Shown here in pieces: positions 13,235-26,651 of a stretch of 64,000 bases of DNA (the first letter of the stretch is position 1; every line of letters starts with the position of its first letter). A program made the translations under genes and the position numbers. The notes beneath the pieces were generated by a model, which worked only from the letters and a program-made list of their open reading frames with translations, ran no database searches and was not told the DNA's origin. The DNA is from Marsupella aquatica (lineage: Eukaryota; Plantae; Marchantiophyta), in contig OZ316894.1 in NCBI GenBank assembly GCA_973895155.1, positions 13,060,828 through 13,124,827 on the forward strand. Direction: 5' to 3'.

Positions 13235-13643
13235 AGTTCAACGTCTTTGAAATGCTCCTCTGAATCCCTCATATGAGTAAATCATGAAAAAATATTGCTT
13301 TTTGCAACAACTCAAAAATCTCAAAACTAATCACCACAGCGTAGCCCACGAAGCTAGAAGTCCAATATTGAAAAAAAACCACATCCCCGCTTGGGTCCAG
13401 ACCATCATCAATAGCGAGTTCAGCACTACTCGGTCGACAAGGCCGTCTACACTTGCTTTGGAAAACCTCTATCAGCACCTGCAGAACTTCATGGGAACCA
13501 GACCATCAACCACCGGTGTCGGCCCAGTCGAGCCCGTGCCCATACCCACACCAACACCGGCTTAGGCTCAGGTTCCACCTCAGCCTAGCCGATCCCCACC
13601 GCCGGTCGTCCCGCCCGTATAGGTACGATCTATCGTCAACATT

Positions 13644-15690
13644 GTGGACCTCAGCAACGACGATGAGGCTACCCCACCCTTGCTCAGGCGGCCCAGAGGA
13701 GCGAGCAACCAGGGAGCCGGCACTACATCGCCCCCTCCCCAAGCCCAGACCCAAGTAGCGGCTCCAGTGGACAACACGGTGACCGTAGCCGCCCCGGCCC
13801 CGATACTAACGGCGATGGCACTACTCATACCCGATCGGGAGGATGGGGAGATGTCACCCTCTCCAAGCCATCACAGGAGCCAGTCTCGGGGGAATAAGAG
13901 GAAAGAACCTGCAGCTGTATCCGGTTTAACCAGGGCCACAGTAGCTGTGGCCAAGGTAACAATGCACCGCATGGGGGAAAACATGCATAAGAACATCCTC
14001 CACCCCAAACATGCGGTGTACTTGAAGACTCAAGGGTTTGAGCACCTCGTCTCTCTCCCCTGGAACACCTGTAGGTACTACGGGGAGGACATGATAGAGT
14101 TCGTCAAGAATTATGACGACGTCCGTCAACAGACTCGGCTACGGGGGAGGAATATGTCCCTCACAGAGGAGCAGCTCAGGATGATCTTTGGGCTACCCAA
14201 GGGAGATCAACGAGTCGAATCATGGGCTCCCGGGAGCAAAGGAGCCAAGTACCAATCCTTGAGTTTTCCCTCTGAGGGGTCAGTGGACAACGGGTTTGTG
14301 ATGAGAACCTGCCTCATCCCCGAGATAGCTGAGCGGCTGGAGTTCCAGAGGTACGCCCTCCACATGATGGAACCCCGGGGCAAGATCTCCGCTGCCCAGG
14401 TTATCCAGGTCGAGAACTATTGGCCTAGGAAGTGGGCATCGTACTTAGCTAAGAAGTTCCATGAAGAGATGGAATGGCGAAGGAAGGCGTTGTACATCGG
14501 TGGGAAGGCGTATTTTGCGAGCCACATCGAGATCATTCTCGAGTGGTACGCCCGGTTTGATCGACAAACCCTTCCCCGGGCCAACGTAACTAAGTTGGTT
14601 CCGACTAAGTGGGTCTTCCCAGCCTTGGAGAGACGGCCTCAACCCGAGGCCCAAAGTCTGGCGGCCACCCAGGCCTCACCCACCCCACCTCCACAAGTAG
14701 CCGTAGCCATGGCCAAAGAGGTACTGGATGAGGCAGTGATCGCAACCTTAGACGCGATCAACCAGGCCGGGCCGAGTGCAAAAGTTGGGGCGGTGGAGGC
14801 CTTGCCCGAGCCCGAGGGTCCAGAAGACCCACCGGTGGCTATTCCAAAGGACAGCACGATGATGGAGGAGGACACTCCAGCCCCTTCCAAAACTACATCC
14901 CCAGGGCTGGATGTCACTACCCCAGCTCCTGCGCAAGTTGACATCTGCCCATGCCCAACTCTGGATGGGCACAACCTGGACCACCCGGAACTCTTCGTAC
15001 CAGGTACATTTCTGAACGGGCTTTTGGGAGATTTCTCCCAACAGATTTCCCGGGATACCGGGGAGTTCATGGCCCGGAAGGTAGCCTACTTCTTCAACCA
15101 GGAGTTGGTTACCGCAGTAAAGGCAGGTCGGGCCCAGTCATAGGCCCTTCAGAGGATAGAGCGGTACCGGGTTGAGTCCGTGTATCTAAAGGGCAAAATT
15201 GAGACTCAAGAGGCTGAGCTTTTGCAACTACGACCCAAGGTTGCAGCCGCCGATGAGTTGTTAGCAAATGCGCACGCCCTTACTGCCTTAGCCAAATAGG
15301 CCAAAACTGGGAAGGAGGTCGAGATTGCACGGCTCCGGATCCAGATTGACAGTTTGAAGAATCAAACTATCATCTGGCAAAAAGACCTGGAGGAGGCCAA
15401 AGAGCGGGCCCAACGTGACACTACGGAGATTGCCGCCCTACAGGCCGAAGTAGCGTGGCTTCAAACCAAAGCTGAGAAGCAAAACCAGATGGTGGACAAG
15501 CTGACGAGCAACGCCCAACAACTGGAAGAGGCATGTCAGGAGGCAGCTAAGGAGACGGATGCAGCGAAGTGAGAGAACGAATCTCTGCTAGACCAAGTCT
15601 AGGTCCTCAAGATGGACAACGATAGACTCCGTAGGCAGCGGGATGGCTGCTCCCACTCGGACGGCTCTGGCAAGCGCACCAGGCATTAGC
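13644..15690 (+). pseudogene. Accessory ORF of a Gypsy-like element (plant-transposon-protein-like domain, Pro-rich linker, coiled coil)
   Basis: 499-aa ORF (FVKNY..RGRNMSLTEEQLRMIFGLP) continues past stops into a heptad-rich region. It is followed by a G-rich PPT-like run (~15915) and an LTR-like segment ending gtgaca at 16568. Confidence 0.6.
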
Positions 15691-15925
15691 GGAGGGTTAG
15701 GCTTAGAATAGAACTAGGAGTAGCTAAAACAGGCTGTTAGGACAAGTGCCGGCCAAAAGATAGCGGCGCTGACACATTAGCCAACCTGTATAGAATAGGT
15801 TAGACTAATAGGACAAGTCGTAACCAGCTTAGCGAGGATATAAGTTAGCATAGATTCGGGCACGAGGCCAGGCTGGTCCTCAGCCCTTAGTATTTAGCAG
15901 CCCCCTGGTAGAGGCACGGGGGGGA

Positions 15926-16568
15926 TTTTAGACTCAAAAGTTGGCCATTTGCGGTACGCGCAGGGAAGTCCCAAACTCGGTGAAGTGCCGGAGTGCCAAG
16001 GGGAGGGTATATGACTAAGCTCATCGGGCGAGTGCGGAGCCGGGCTCCGTTGTAGTGTATACTCCTCGGCCTTGGGCCCGTTCATTCACAAGGTATCGGG
16101 TCACCCAATCGTAAGTGTATGATCATATATGAATGAAATCCTTTCCCCTCAATTCCTTTGTGTAAATCAAGATTTATGTTATGTATGAATGCATGTATGA
16201 GTCTTGTGTGCAAGTATCAATGCCAGGCCGAACACATTATGCCAAACGTGCACGGGGTGCAGGTTACGGGTACGGGGTTGCGAGCCAGGGTTGAGCACTT
16301 GTACTAATGGATCCGGATCAAAGGCAGTAACACGAAGGCTTAGAAGTCCATAACCCGGGGTTGACCCCGTGTCAACTAAGGTACGTTCCGGCGGCGGAAC
16401 ACAAAGCATACCTAAGCATGCTTGTAAGTAAATATATGCGCACTTAGCGCTAGTTTGGGAGAATTATACGCACTCCGTATGTCCCTCCCTGCCCAAACCC
16501 AAATACTAGCAAGGGAAGTGTCCGTCTTAGACGTAGATCAACCTAAGGACTAGGCCGATGGCGTGACA
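15926..16568 (+). mobile_element. Probable Gypsy-type LTR
   Basis: Follows the purine run cacgggggggga and ends ...ggcgtgaca, where the Copia leader resumes. The left boundary is approximate. Confidence 0.45.
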
Positions 16569-18147
16569 AAACACCAGAAAACCATGTACCAAAATGACCA
16601 GCTTGCTTCAATCTTCAACTTGAGCTATAACATACAACGCCTTGCGCACTACACAGCTCACACCGTTGAGAAAACAAACTCTAGTCCCTCTCACCAAAAC
16701 TGTCAAACATTAAAAAATCTAAACATACGCAAAGTCCAATTATGTCACACCACAAACTCTGATCAATGGTTTTCTAAACACTGTTAGAAAGCTCTCACAT
16801 TGATCTATCTGCTTAGTCCATAACATTCAAGAGTTATGCAGCAGAACTCCGAATGCAACACCAACACTTAACGTTGGAAAAAACCGTTACAAAAAAACCT
16901 TGTCACCTCCAATGAATGCTTTGATACCAATTGTTAAGCGTAGACAATAATTGCAACGGCAAGCCCATAAACCATCCAATGCACACTCGACATTAGACTC
17001 TGCTTTTTTATAATGTTGTGCTTGGCCCTTTTCTCTACAAAGATCATGTTGTGCATAACGAAGTAGTCACAATACAGCTTACCTACAAAAATACAACTCT
17101 AAAAGAAATTAGACTAACTCGGTCCAATTGCCAAGCAAGTTTCTGGTCCAACAAATTCTATCTCACTTGAATCTCCATTGAGATTCAAGATTGACTAAGC
17201 AAATTACTAGTAAATTGTTCAATTTGCGTGCAAGAACTTGGTTGATTTAAGACGTTAAACAATTGGAGCACAATTATCCAAACTCGGACAAATTTAGTAT
17301 AGTCTTAGCATTCTATTTATTTCAAATATTCTCATGTTTGCAAGAATTATGTCTAGGTCTATTTTATAAATAACTCTCAACTAAGGTTGTCCACCTTATA
17401 ATCACAAATCCAGAAGAGGACAATATGGCTTCCACATGACTTGGATAAGAAAATGATTCCTGGACATTGCACTTGGTGAATGTGATGCCTAGCCATGAAT
17501 CACTAGGTCATTTAAGGGGGTAAACATGGGTGGTATACACTAAATTGCATTAGTCCACGGAGGGAAAAGGGAAAAACTTAAACAATTAAGTGTAACCATG
17601 GAACCCAAGCCAAGGCCAAAAGTGAGGGTGTAACGGCAACAAGAAGGTACGGTGAGGGTTAGGGCACGCTAAGCACAGTTGACAGTGGGCATTCAATGGG
17701 CAGTCAAGCAAAGGTAGTGCAGAGGGGGGTAAGGACTATTCACCAGGATTGGCGGCTCATTCACAAACACCGACAAAGGAACAAGACCAGCAAATTGTCA
17801 TCAACTTAGACAAGCACTATGGGCGGAAGTAGACATCAAGCATCAACACAAAGCGGGGATGAGAAACATCAACCAAGCTGCACATTTTTGGGGCGGCCTG
17901 TTTGAGCGGGCAACTGAGTTTATTAGAACCTACAAGGACAAGGAGCCAGAGAGATCAGCCTAAGAAAGATAGGAGCTTGCTAGGTTGTGGGAGCTCCAGA
18001 GGTCTGCTTTCATTGGAGGGGAACTCATCAAGGACAAGTTCCTATGGACGCCCTTCGCCAATCAACTAGACAAATTGTTGTTTTGTCAAAACATAATTGT
18101 CGACATTTGTGAGGCCATCAACCGTTGGAACGACAAACATTTGAGAC

Positions 18148-21100
18148 TTGAAGGGTAGCACGGCGGCGTGGACAAAAGCAACTATGTTGGGAGAATCATC
18201 AAGAGCAACCACCATGAAGAGGAAAGTAACAACCAACAAAGAGGCCACCCCGGCAAAAAGAACTAGGTTGGCAACACCTAGAAAGCCTATCGAGCAGGGG
18301 AGAAAGAGACAAGAGGAGGCCGAAGAACCGGAGATATATCCGGTCAATGCCATCCCCACAAAGGATGACACATGGAGGGGCTGGGCAACGGCACAAGACA
18401 AGGATGCATGTCTTACAGCCATGCAATCCCAAAAGTACCAAGGTTTCATGGCCGGATCCGGCTTGGAGACCTTTGTTAGATTACCTTGAATGGCTGAAGC
18501 AAGAGGTGCTAGATTTAGATTTGCTGGAATTTTTGGGATCATGGGATCACAATTTGGATGCAACCAAGGTGTATGGGAGGGTATATATCTCACTCCCAAA
18601 GTGATTGCAGAAGTATTTGGCTTGCCGATAGGCAACAAGACCAAGGTGGACTCCCAAAATAACCTGTCAAATAAGGAGTTCTTGTTCCCAGGGCCTTCAA
18701 CAAAGAATGGCTTCTTTCGGAACACTTGCACCAACCCGCATATAGGAGAAATCATTGACTTCCCATGGATGACTTTGCATTGCAATTTGACAAGGCCAAA
18801 GATTGGCAAGGCACAGGTCTACCTTGCCAAGAGACCAAACCCAAGTTGGGACTACAACGGGTACCTCCACACCCAATTGAAGAAGATCTTGAAGGAGGAG
18901 CAACAAATGATAGGCCAAGGGAGCATATCCCAACTTGCTTATCACATGTCGTTGTTATGCCGTTACGCCCGAAGTCAGCCCTTTGCACCCATACTTCCCT
19001 TAAAAGCAAGAGCACCAGAGGGGGTTAGAAGAAGGGCTGGCAGCAAAGGAAACTAAACCAATTGGTAACCCTACTATCGAGCAGTTGTTCATGCCGAGTG
19101 TAATAGAGGGGTTAAGCCCTTAAGGATATAAAAGTTATCTAATATGAAAAAAATGGTTTTCAATGACCATTTTGAGGACCTTGAATGATTATTTAGGCAT
19201 CTTTGAAGTATATTAAGCTGAAATCATGCCAAGGTGCATGTAAAGATGTTATGGTCCCTCATCCAACTCAATAGTGAAAGAAGAATAAAACCATAAATGG
19301 ATTGGTATTGGGAAAATCTGATAGCAAGGAGAGACCTACTTCAACCCCTCAAGGAAAGGTTTGGCTTTGGAATTGAGGTTCAACTTTTTACAAATTTGAG
19401 TTAGACGGCTAATTTTAAGGTGAAGTAATCAGTGCATTTTAGCAACAAGTAGCTCAATCTTTTATCAAAGTTGTGTTACCCCACCTTCCAATAGTTCATG
19501 CGAAAAATTACACCAACTAAGTGATGGAAAGTGAGGAGTTATTCCATCCGGAATTTGAACTGGTTTCCATTTGGTTTTTGGGCCGGTTTTTGATCCGATT
19601 TGGACATACCATCTGGTAGAAAAACTACCATAACTCTCAAACCATTTATCCAAATCAAGATCTATAAAGTGTGTTGGAAAGCTCTTTCCGAGGCGGTTAA
19701 GATATATATAAAGAAGTCTGAAAATGGATTCGAAATGACCCACTTAATATTATGAGTCTCTAACCAGTGCAACCAAGAGATATCCAAAATTTCTGGACAA
19801 ATAATGGAATGAAGATTTTGAAGCGTTGCTTCCACACCATTTGACCTTCAAGATGACTGACTTTGGACCAATAAGAAATATGATCCATGGTTAAGGTCCT
19901 TAACCAATCAAAATGGTTGGATAAGTATGAAAGGATACTATGAAAAGATATACCCATTCATTGGAAGATGGAGAGACTCGATAGTCAAATTCTTATTACT
20001 CTAACACTCTTAAATTTTACCTACACCAATGGACACCATCTCAAGACCTCATTGTTGGAAACTTTTCACTTTGAAACCAAGAAATGTACTACCTGCTTCC
20101 TATTTTACTACTACCTTTGGAGGTGCCACTTTCATACCAAACCCTCTTAACTCCATTGATCCAGCAGTAGACTCCACATCGGTGAAGCCTGACACTTCAA
20201 CTCCCGAACAGTAAAAAGTTATTCCATCCGGACGTTGAACCGGCTTCCCATCCGGTTTCCCACCCGGTTTCTGATCCGGTTTTGTGTTTACGGCCTTATA
20301 AAACTTAGTATAGGAAGAATTAGACTTTGAATTTTTGCTGAGCACTTTATCTCATAGTCTAGTTTCACACTTTAGCATTACTTTTTACTTTTACACTTAG
20401 GTTAGGAATTGAAGAGACATACCTCTTCAACTTTTGTTTAGAGGAGACTTGTCCCTAAGTATAAGAGGGAAAGTTTCCACCATTTTACTCAAACTTACAT
20501 TTCACTTTTGAAAGTCTCCTTCTTTGAAGAGAAGTAATAGATTCATACTTATCTTTGGTAATCTATGACTTGTGTTTGGAATTTAGTGCGTGACCATACT
20601 TGCTAGAATCTGTTTGATGTGACTAGCAATGCCTTGCCAATATTCAGATTGACTTTTGATGTGACTAGCAATGCCTTGCCGATATTCAGATTGACTGGAA
20701 ACGCATGCTTGAGTTCATGCAAAGATCTGAATTGACTTGAGTGTTTGGAATACTTATCAAGTATTTTTGGAAGATGTGCCAGACAAAAACTCACAATTAC
20801 CATAGATCCAGAAGAGCAATCTAGAGAGTTGATTAAAAGAGGAAGCTTGTTTGGAGTGACGAGTACCGCCTTGTTTCGACTTGGCCATAAAGTTAATACG
20901 GGCTTACTTCCATATATCTTTTACAAATTCTTAGATGGTTGGCTTTAAAGATTAGCTTTAGGCATCAGCCTAATTTAGTCAGACTCTCTGTTGACTCTTA
21001 ATCGTGCCTAACTTAGTCATAGATTGCTAAGTGGTGAGAGGAGATGAGACATTTAAGGCTCGCCTAATCCTATCTTTACGCCTCTGGCTTTTGGTTGTTT

Positions 21101-22250
21101 TCTTATATGTTTTAGGATTGATTATTGCACTGTTGATGACGCAAACATCACAATACTTGAGGATGTATTAAAAAACTCCTTCCACCTGACCTAAGCATGT
21201 CGGTAAAGGCTTGAAATCTGAGATAGGTTAGCTTAACTATCTCAAAGTATGTTAATACAATCTTTTAGGTCTCACAAGCTCTTAACGGGAACAAACTCTG
21301 GTTTTTAAGAGGAAAATAGTTCATATTTCCTTAAACCCTACTCTAAACCAAGGCCGGCACCCATGCCAAGAAGCAACCAGCCATGGAGGGCCTGGTATAA
21401 ATGCTGCAAAAAGAAAAGCCGGTAGCTGCGGTACAAGTGTCAGTGCAAAGCACCGTTACATAGTCGGGCCCAACAAGACCAACAAGGGAAGATTTCTTTG
21501 TCGGGCCACAAAATGAAGGAGGCTAGTGCCAGAATAGGGATTGCAGATCATGTACATGGGAGGCTTGGGGTCAGGACCCAAGGAACGGGGGCCCAAGATC
21601 CCAAACTGTAGCAAAGAGAGGGAGAAGCAAGTATGGGAGCAGAACCCAAAGCCGTGCACCTGTACACTCCTTCCAGCAGGAGGCCGCCTTTACGGGAAGT
21701 CAAGGGGAAGACAGGGGGAACCCAAACTCCAAGTCGGAAGGGTAGGAGTGGAGGACTATGAGGATGAGGACTTTGGCTACAAAGAGGATCGGCCTATACC
21801 AGGGGTTAGGACTTTTGGCCGATTCATTCCCACACTTCTGGGGGTAGTCCATAGGGATCCGGAGCAGCAGGTAAGCCCTGAGTTTCCCCCACTAGATATA
21901 CCTCCTCCAAAATTTGACAGAATGAAATAGGCAGCAAAAGAGCTGCAGGAGTGACTCAAGGATCTGGCCAAAGCAACCTAGAACTAGGAGAAGGACTTAT
22001 CGGGGGAGGATGGCCAGACAACATCCAACGGCTTACGGAAAGACAAGTCAAGCCAATGCCAACATTTGACAATGTTCAAAAGGAGGCATGGGATTGAGGC
22101 CGCAATGGCAGATGTCGGTTTTGCTTGGACGCTCGACGTATGCACATAGTAGAGCCATGGAGTACGGGACAATGTGTGGGTTGCTTGCCTTGGTCATCTC
22201 ACAGACAGAGTTGGAGATGGGGCCGTTTATCCAAAAGGAGGTATTGGATA
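18148..22250 (+). pseudogene. Second, divergent copy of the same accessory ORF family, split by a solo LTR
   Basis: GLETFVRLP*, IAEVFGLP and FPGPSTKNGFFRNTC..PHIGEIIDF align by eye with the 13644 ORF. The reading continues after 21352 (FMPR|PAPMPR). Confidence 0.6.
19099..21347. mobile_element. Large solo LTR (~2.25 kb)
   Basis: Begins tgtaatagagggg and ends ccctactctaaa. TSD ccgag/ccaag differs by one CpG transition, and the flanks rejoin into a continuous reading. Internal 42-bp direct repeat at ~20612-20695. Confidence 0.6.
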
Positions 22251-22258
22251 AAAGCCGT

Positions 22259-24750
22259 TGTTTGGGGACCAGTTTAAAGCGGTGCAAAACTTGTGTCCTA
22301 AGTGTCAGGGACTTAACACTTTCATCTTATTTGAATGAATTAGTTATCCTCATTTAATCCATTTGAAATCTCATTTCTAAATTCAAGTTTACACTAATTC
22401 TTTGTCATCAAATTTATTCAAGCTTCTTTTTTATTCATTCATAACTCAAAGTAGTCATAGAAAATACTCAAGCACTATTTTCATTCTTATACAATCCATT
22501 GCAATGACAACAAAGGTGCCCTTGTGCACCCCCTTAAAGGTGCCACACAGGGCTGTTAGTTAATTTTTGAGCTTATTAAGACTTATAGTTACCTCTTTGT
22601 GTGTAATTTCAATGTAGTTGAAGGCTTTAGGCCTTGGTCAACTTTGAACCTAGAAGATTGAGTGAGAAGTTAATAGTGATAGTTTTAAGGTAGAGTAGCC
22701 TTTTGCGATATTTTGATCAAATCTTTACAGGTCATGGAAATAATTTTTGATGAATAGATAGATTTTAGATAGAGAAATCAACCCAAAAAAATGTCAAGCA
22801 AAATGGACATGTCTTTAGGAAGTTAGGGTCATTTTTGTTTCGCATATTAACACTTTGGTAAATAATTTATATCAATATCTTTAAGTATTTATATAAATAC
22901 CAATATTTTTAAGACTTGTCCTGATTTGGTAGACAAGTCGAATTGGGGAAATAATGTCAAATTACAAGTCGCCGAAGTTAAAATTTGTGGAAAACGAATG
23001 GTAGAAAAACTCAGCAACGCCAAATATTTTTTGAAGTCACATTAGCTTGATCAAATTGACTGAAATTTGGTGTGAAGGTAGAAGGGAAATAGATGCACCT
23101 TCTGGAAAAATATGAGCACCAACCAAGGTCTGGTTGGTGAGAGAAAAATCAGATGTCAAATGGGGGTCTATAGCTTTCTAGCTTTTGTTGCAAATCTGAT
23201 TCCACACCTTCAAGCAAATGAATGTTGTTGTAATCAATTGGTTGATGGGAAGATGGTGATGGTGATTAGTTGTGATTGTGAAGCACATGAGGTAGAAGGT
23301 AGTAGGTTGGAAGGAAAGGTCAAAATGGAGTTAGGAGTTCAATCGCAAGTCGCCAAAGCTGAAAATTGCAGAAATGATGAGTAGAGAAAATCAGCTATTT
23401 TCTAGAGCAACATTTGCTCAACCAAATTGGCTCAAATTTAGTGTGGAGGTAGAAGGGAAGTAGGCGCACCTTCTGGCAAAGTATGAGCACCAACCAAGGT
23501 CTGGATGGTGAAAGAAAAATCAGATGCCGCAGGGGGGTCTGCAACTTCCAGTTTTTCTAGCGCAAAATTTGATTCATTGATTTGAATCAATGGACCAGAG
23601 TTTGAATGGAGGTTAGAAGTTTGATTAGGAGCTAGTAAGAGAGTGAAGCAATTGGCCTATGGTGAGATTTGGATTGGAGTAGATTAGAGTGGCTGAAAAG
23701 TATTTAAGGATTGTAGTTTCTTGTGTTGGGGAACACATGCCTGGTTGCTTAGTAGAAACTTCACCCACATGGAGTAAAAACTAAGATCAACAAGCATATG
23801 ATCCTAGAGTTAGATAGTTGTAGAGAAGTGAGGAGAAGGACCTTGGACAATGGTTCCATTTGTACCAGGAAATTTATGATGTTACATAAAAGTCTCTTCT
23901 TCTTACATCCTTCTTTGCTATGACTTCAATTATGTAGTTGGCATGAGAACTGAGTTTTAGAGGGATCAAGTACCTGGATGTTACCTTGTGCTCAAGCCGG
24001 TTGATTTCCTGGATGTTTGATATGCTAACTATGGTGTGTTTTGCTATTAATCCTTGGTGTCCCATTGGCCAGAGTTACCCCTAGGAGTGACACTCTAGTT
24101 TCTAGAGCCAAGAGATAATTTTTGACTAGGGGAGCTGCTAAAGTCTTATGCTTGAGATTGTGTTGTAGTTGGAACCTATGGGCTCAGCCCCTAGTTCCGT
24201 TCTACAAACCAATTGATGGTAAGAATAGCAGCATAACAACAACACCACTTATGGCTTACCCAACAGGGTTTTCTCAGTGACCTGTTGGTTTGTTGTTGGA
24301 ATGTAAGTTAGATCAACTAGAAGCTGTGGTGTGACTTTAGGTTCTCCCTGGTCCGGGCAGTACACCTTGGCATCATATTGGCGGTTCCTTATGAAGCCTT
24401 CAGTTGGTGTCTCTAGTTGTGAGCTTTTAGTAGAGGCTTGCTTGCAGGTTTTTCCTGGATACCCTACTTAAAGCATATTAGTAAAAGTTGCACTCTCATA
24501 GGGAGGGAGTCCTTGTGGAGAGTTAGGTTGTTTTGTCGTTGTATTCCATTGTTTTGAAGTGGAGAAAGCTCTCCAGCCTCTTGGAAGATAGAGGTGGAGT
24601 TTTGTTGGTTCTAAAAAGTATTTACATCCATTTTCCGCTTGTGGTCCCACCCTAAGCTCTTCCATGGGAACGAACTGGTAGAGATAGCAATATCTTTGCT
24701 TCCAAGGTTGTGTGCTACCCGTGAGTCACCCTCCACGACAGCCCCAACCA
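22259..24750. mobile_element. Long LTR-like segment (~2.5 kb) with internal tandem duplication
   Basis: Termini tgtttgggg...ccccaacca. The start is homologous to 34220 onward, and 23020-23180 is repeated at 23390-23550. No TSD found. Confidence 0.55.
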
Positions 24751-25520
24751 ACTTAACTCTTGTCTTATTTAAATAGAAATTCAGGTTTGAGGTTATAAAA
24801 GGGTTTCATCGGCTGGCCATTTTCTAGCTTGAGAGTTCCATGGTCATTTCAGATCAGGTCTTCGTATCAGGTCAGGTCATGGTCTCAAGGTTGTCGATGG
24901 TCTCTCCTAGGCATTTCAAACATAGCTTCAATTTCCGTTGTGCTTCCTTCACATCCTTGTTCCTGCCCTTCCTTCCTTCTCTTCTTGATCTTCCAATCTC
25001 ATAACAAGAAGAATCTGTGACCAGAAGTTTCAAAACCCATGGGAGCAAATAGTTCTTAACTTAAATATCATTTCAATTACTGGATTCCACTCGCTAAAAG
25101 AATTTAAGTCAACTTGTAATCTTCCTTAAAATTCCACAACATCAAATGTAAAAAAGTACAAGTAACCCATACTTCCAACTGGAACTTCCTAATTAATCTC
25201 ATGAAAAAGTTCCTCCCTCTTCTTGGTCCAAGACAAATAAATTAAAGATGCTATTCTTGGTCTCAATTATCTCACTCCATTCTCCCAAAATTCCCACTCG
25301 GAATTACTCATGTTCTTCTATCTCGCCCTTCACGTTCAGTCTGCTACATAGTTTTCCAGCGTTCCACTTCACATCTCGAATGTTAAAACATTCCTTTCAG
25401 GGTTCACCACAAATTTTCAGAATTGCCTCTGTCAACCTGTTCTCAGTTTTTCTCTGAAAGCTTTTCTTGATTCCTCAAGAACTTAAGCTCATCACAACCT
25501 TGAACATATACTCCAAGGGC

Positions 25521-26178
25521 TTTCCTTGGAAATGTGTTTTCTTTATTTATTTGGATAATGACCACAAAAACCCCATGGTGAGGAAAAACAGGAAGAGTCC
25601 CACAACACACAATCAACCACCCCACCTGAAGAGTAGAAACAACAACATGCAATGTAAGCCCAAAGACCAGGCTGTCAAACCCAGACACAATGATCCACAC
25701 ATCTCGCCAGGTGAAAGCAGAACTCAAGTACTGCATGCCCAATTGGCCAGCAAAATTCCTATCTAGATGTAATCCAAGTCTGTTGGCTGTTCAGCCACAC
25801 TATTCTTTCCTGTATTATAAGGAACTCCTTCACTCGTAACAATCGTGTGCGTCGTCTACTCGGGGGCAAACACAGGCCCACCGCCGATGCATGGTCAGCA
25901 GCTTCTGAGAGAATAAAGCGAAGGTCAAATGTCCTAAAGCCATTGGCCTGAAACATGTGCACATTCCTACTCTGCCATAAGGACCAGAGGATTTGATAGA
26001 GAATAAATAGTTTGGCGACTGTGCTGGGGTCCTTCTCCAAGGGCTTTGACCCCAGAACTGTTTTTCCGGATTCAGTCCTTCCTCTCGATTCAATTCAAAC
26101 TTCAAATAAACTTCATTTGCACATCTTCGCTCAAACCTCATTTCTCCAAAGAAAAATACCATCCAGGGGTACACAACA
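25521..26178 (-). mobile_element. L1-type LINE 3' end
   Basis: ILWSLWQSRNVHMF is an L1 ORF2 C-terminal motif. The 3' UTR ends aataaataaagaaaacacatttccaaggaaa. Confidence 0.7.
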
Positions 26179-26651
26179 TCATCAGTTATCACTGACTGAT
26201 AACTGATATCAGTTATCTCAAAAATTTTAGAATCTCAGCTGAGGAGTTGAGATGGGGCCTTCGAACTTCCGCTCATCTCAGTTGGGCAGCCGAGGTTGAT
26301 TCAATCTCGGCTGACCTCGCCGAGATGGGCGTATGGACCGAAAAAAAAGCCAAAAAAAAAGCCAAAAAATTTCCAAAAAAAAAAGCCAAAGCTGGCCTCG
26401 CCGAGATGGGGCGTACGGACCGAAAAAAAATGTGGAAAAAACACCAAAAAATTGAAGGAAAAAAAATTCCCATCTCGGTTGGGCTCGCCGAGATATGTGT
26501 CCGTACGGTACGGATGTCTCATGGCGAAAAAAATTTGAAAAAAAAGTTTTTTCTTCATTTTTTCTTTTTCGCATCGCAACTTGGCGGCCTCTCTGAGATG
26601 AGGTGGCAGCTGATATCAGGTACACTGATGAAAGTGACTGATAACTGATGA
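26179..26651. mobile_element. MITE/foldback-like non-autonomous DNA element
   Basis: TIR tcatcagttatca...tgataactgatga, with internal repeated ctcgccgagatg motifs and A-tracts. No clear TSD. Confidence 0.6.

Larger units (their letters stand above)
11200..16990 (-). mobile_element. Degenerate Ty1/Copia (Tnt1-like) 5' half: LTR remnant, Met PBS, gag, protease and pre-integrase, with nested insertions in its leader
   Basis: LTR remnant from 16932 and PBS tggtatcaaagc at 16918-16929 (minus). UBN2-like gag (KALHLLNCLSPSY) at 12178-12860 and LWHSWLGHM at ~11450. Confidence 0.8.

Noticed and set aside
25075-25245. ~170-bp sequence repeated at ~60812-60990
   Set aside because: A real dispersed repeat, but no termini or coding identity could be assigned.
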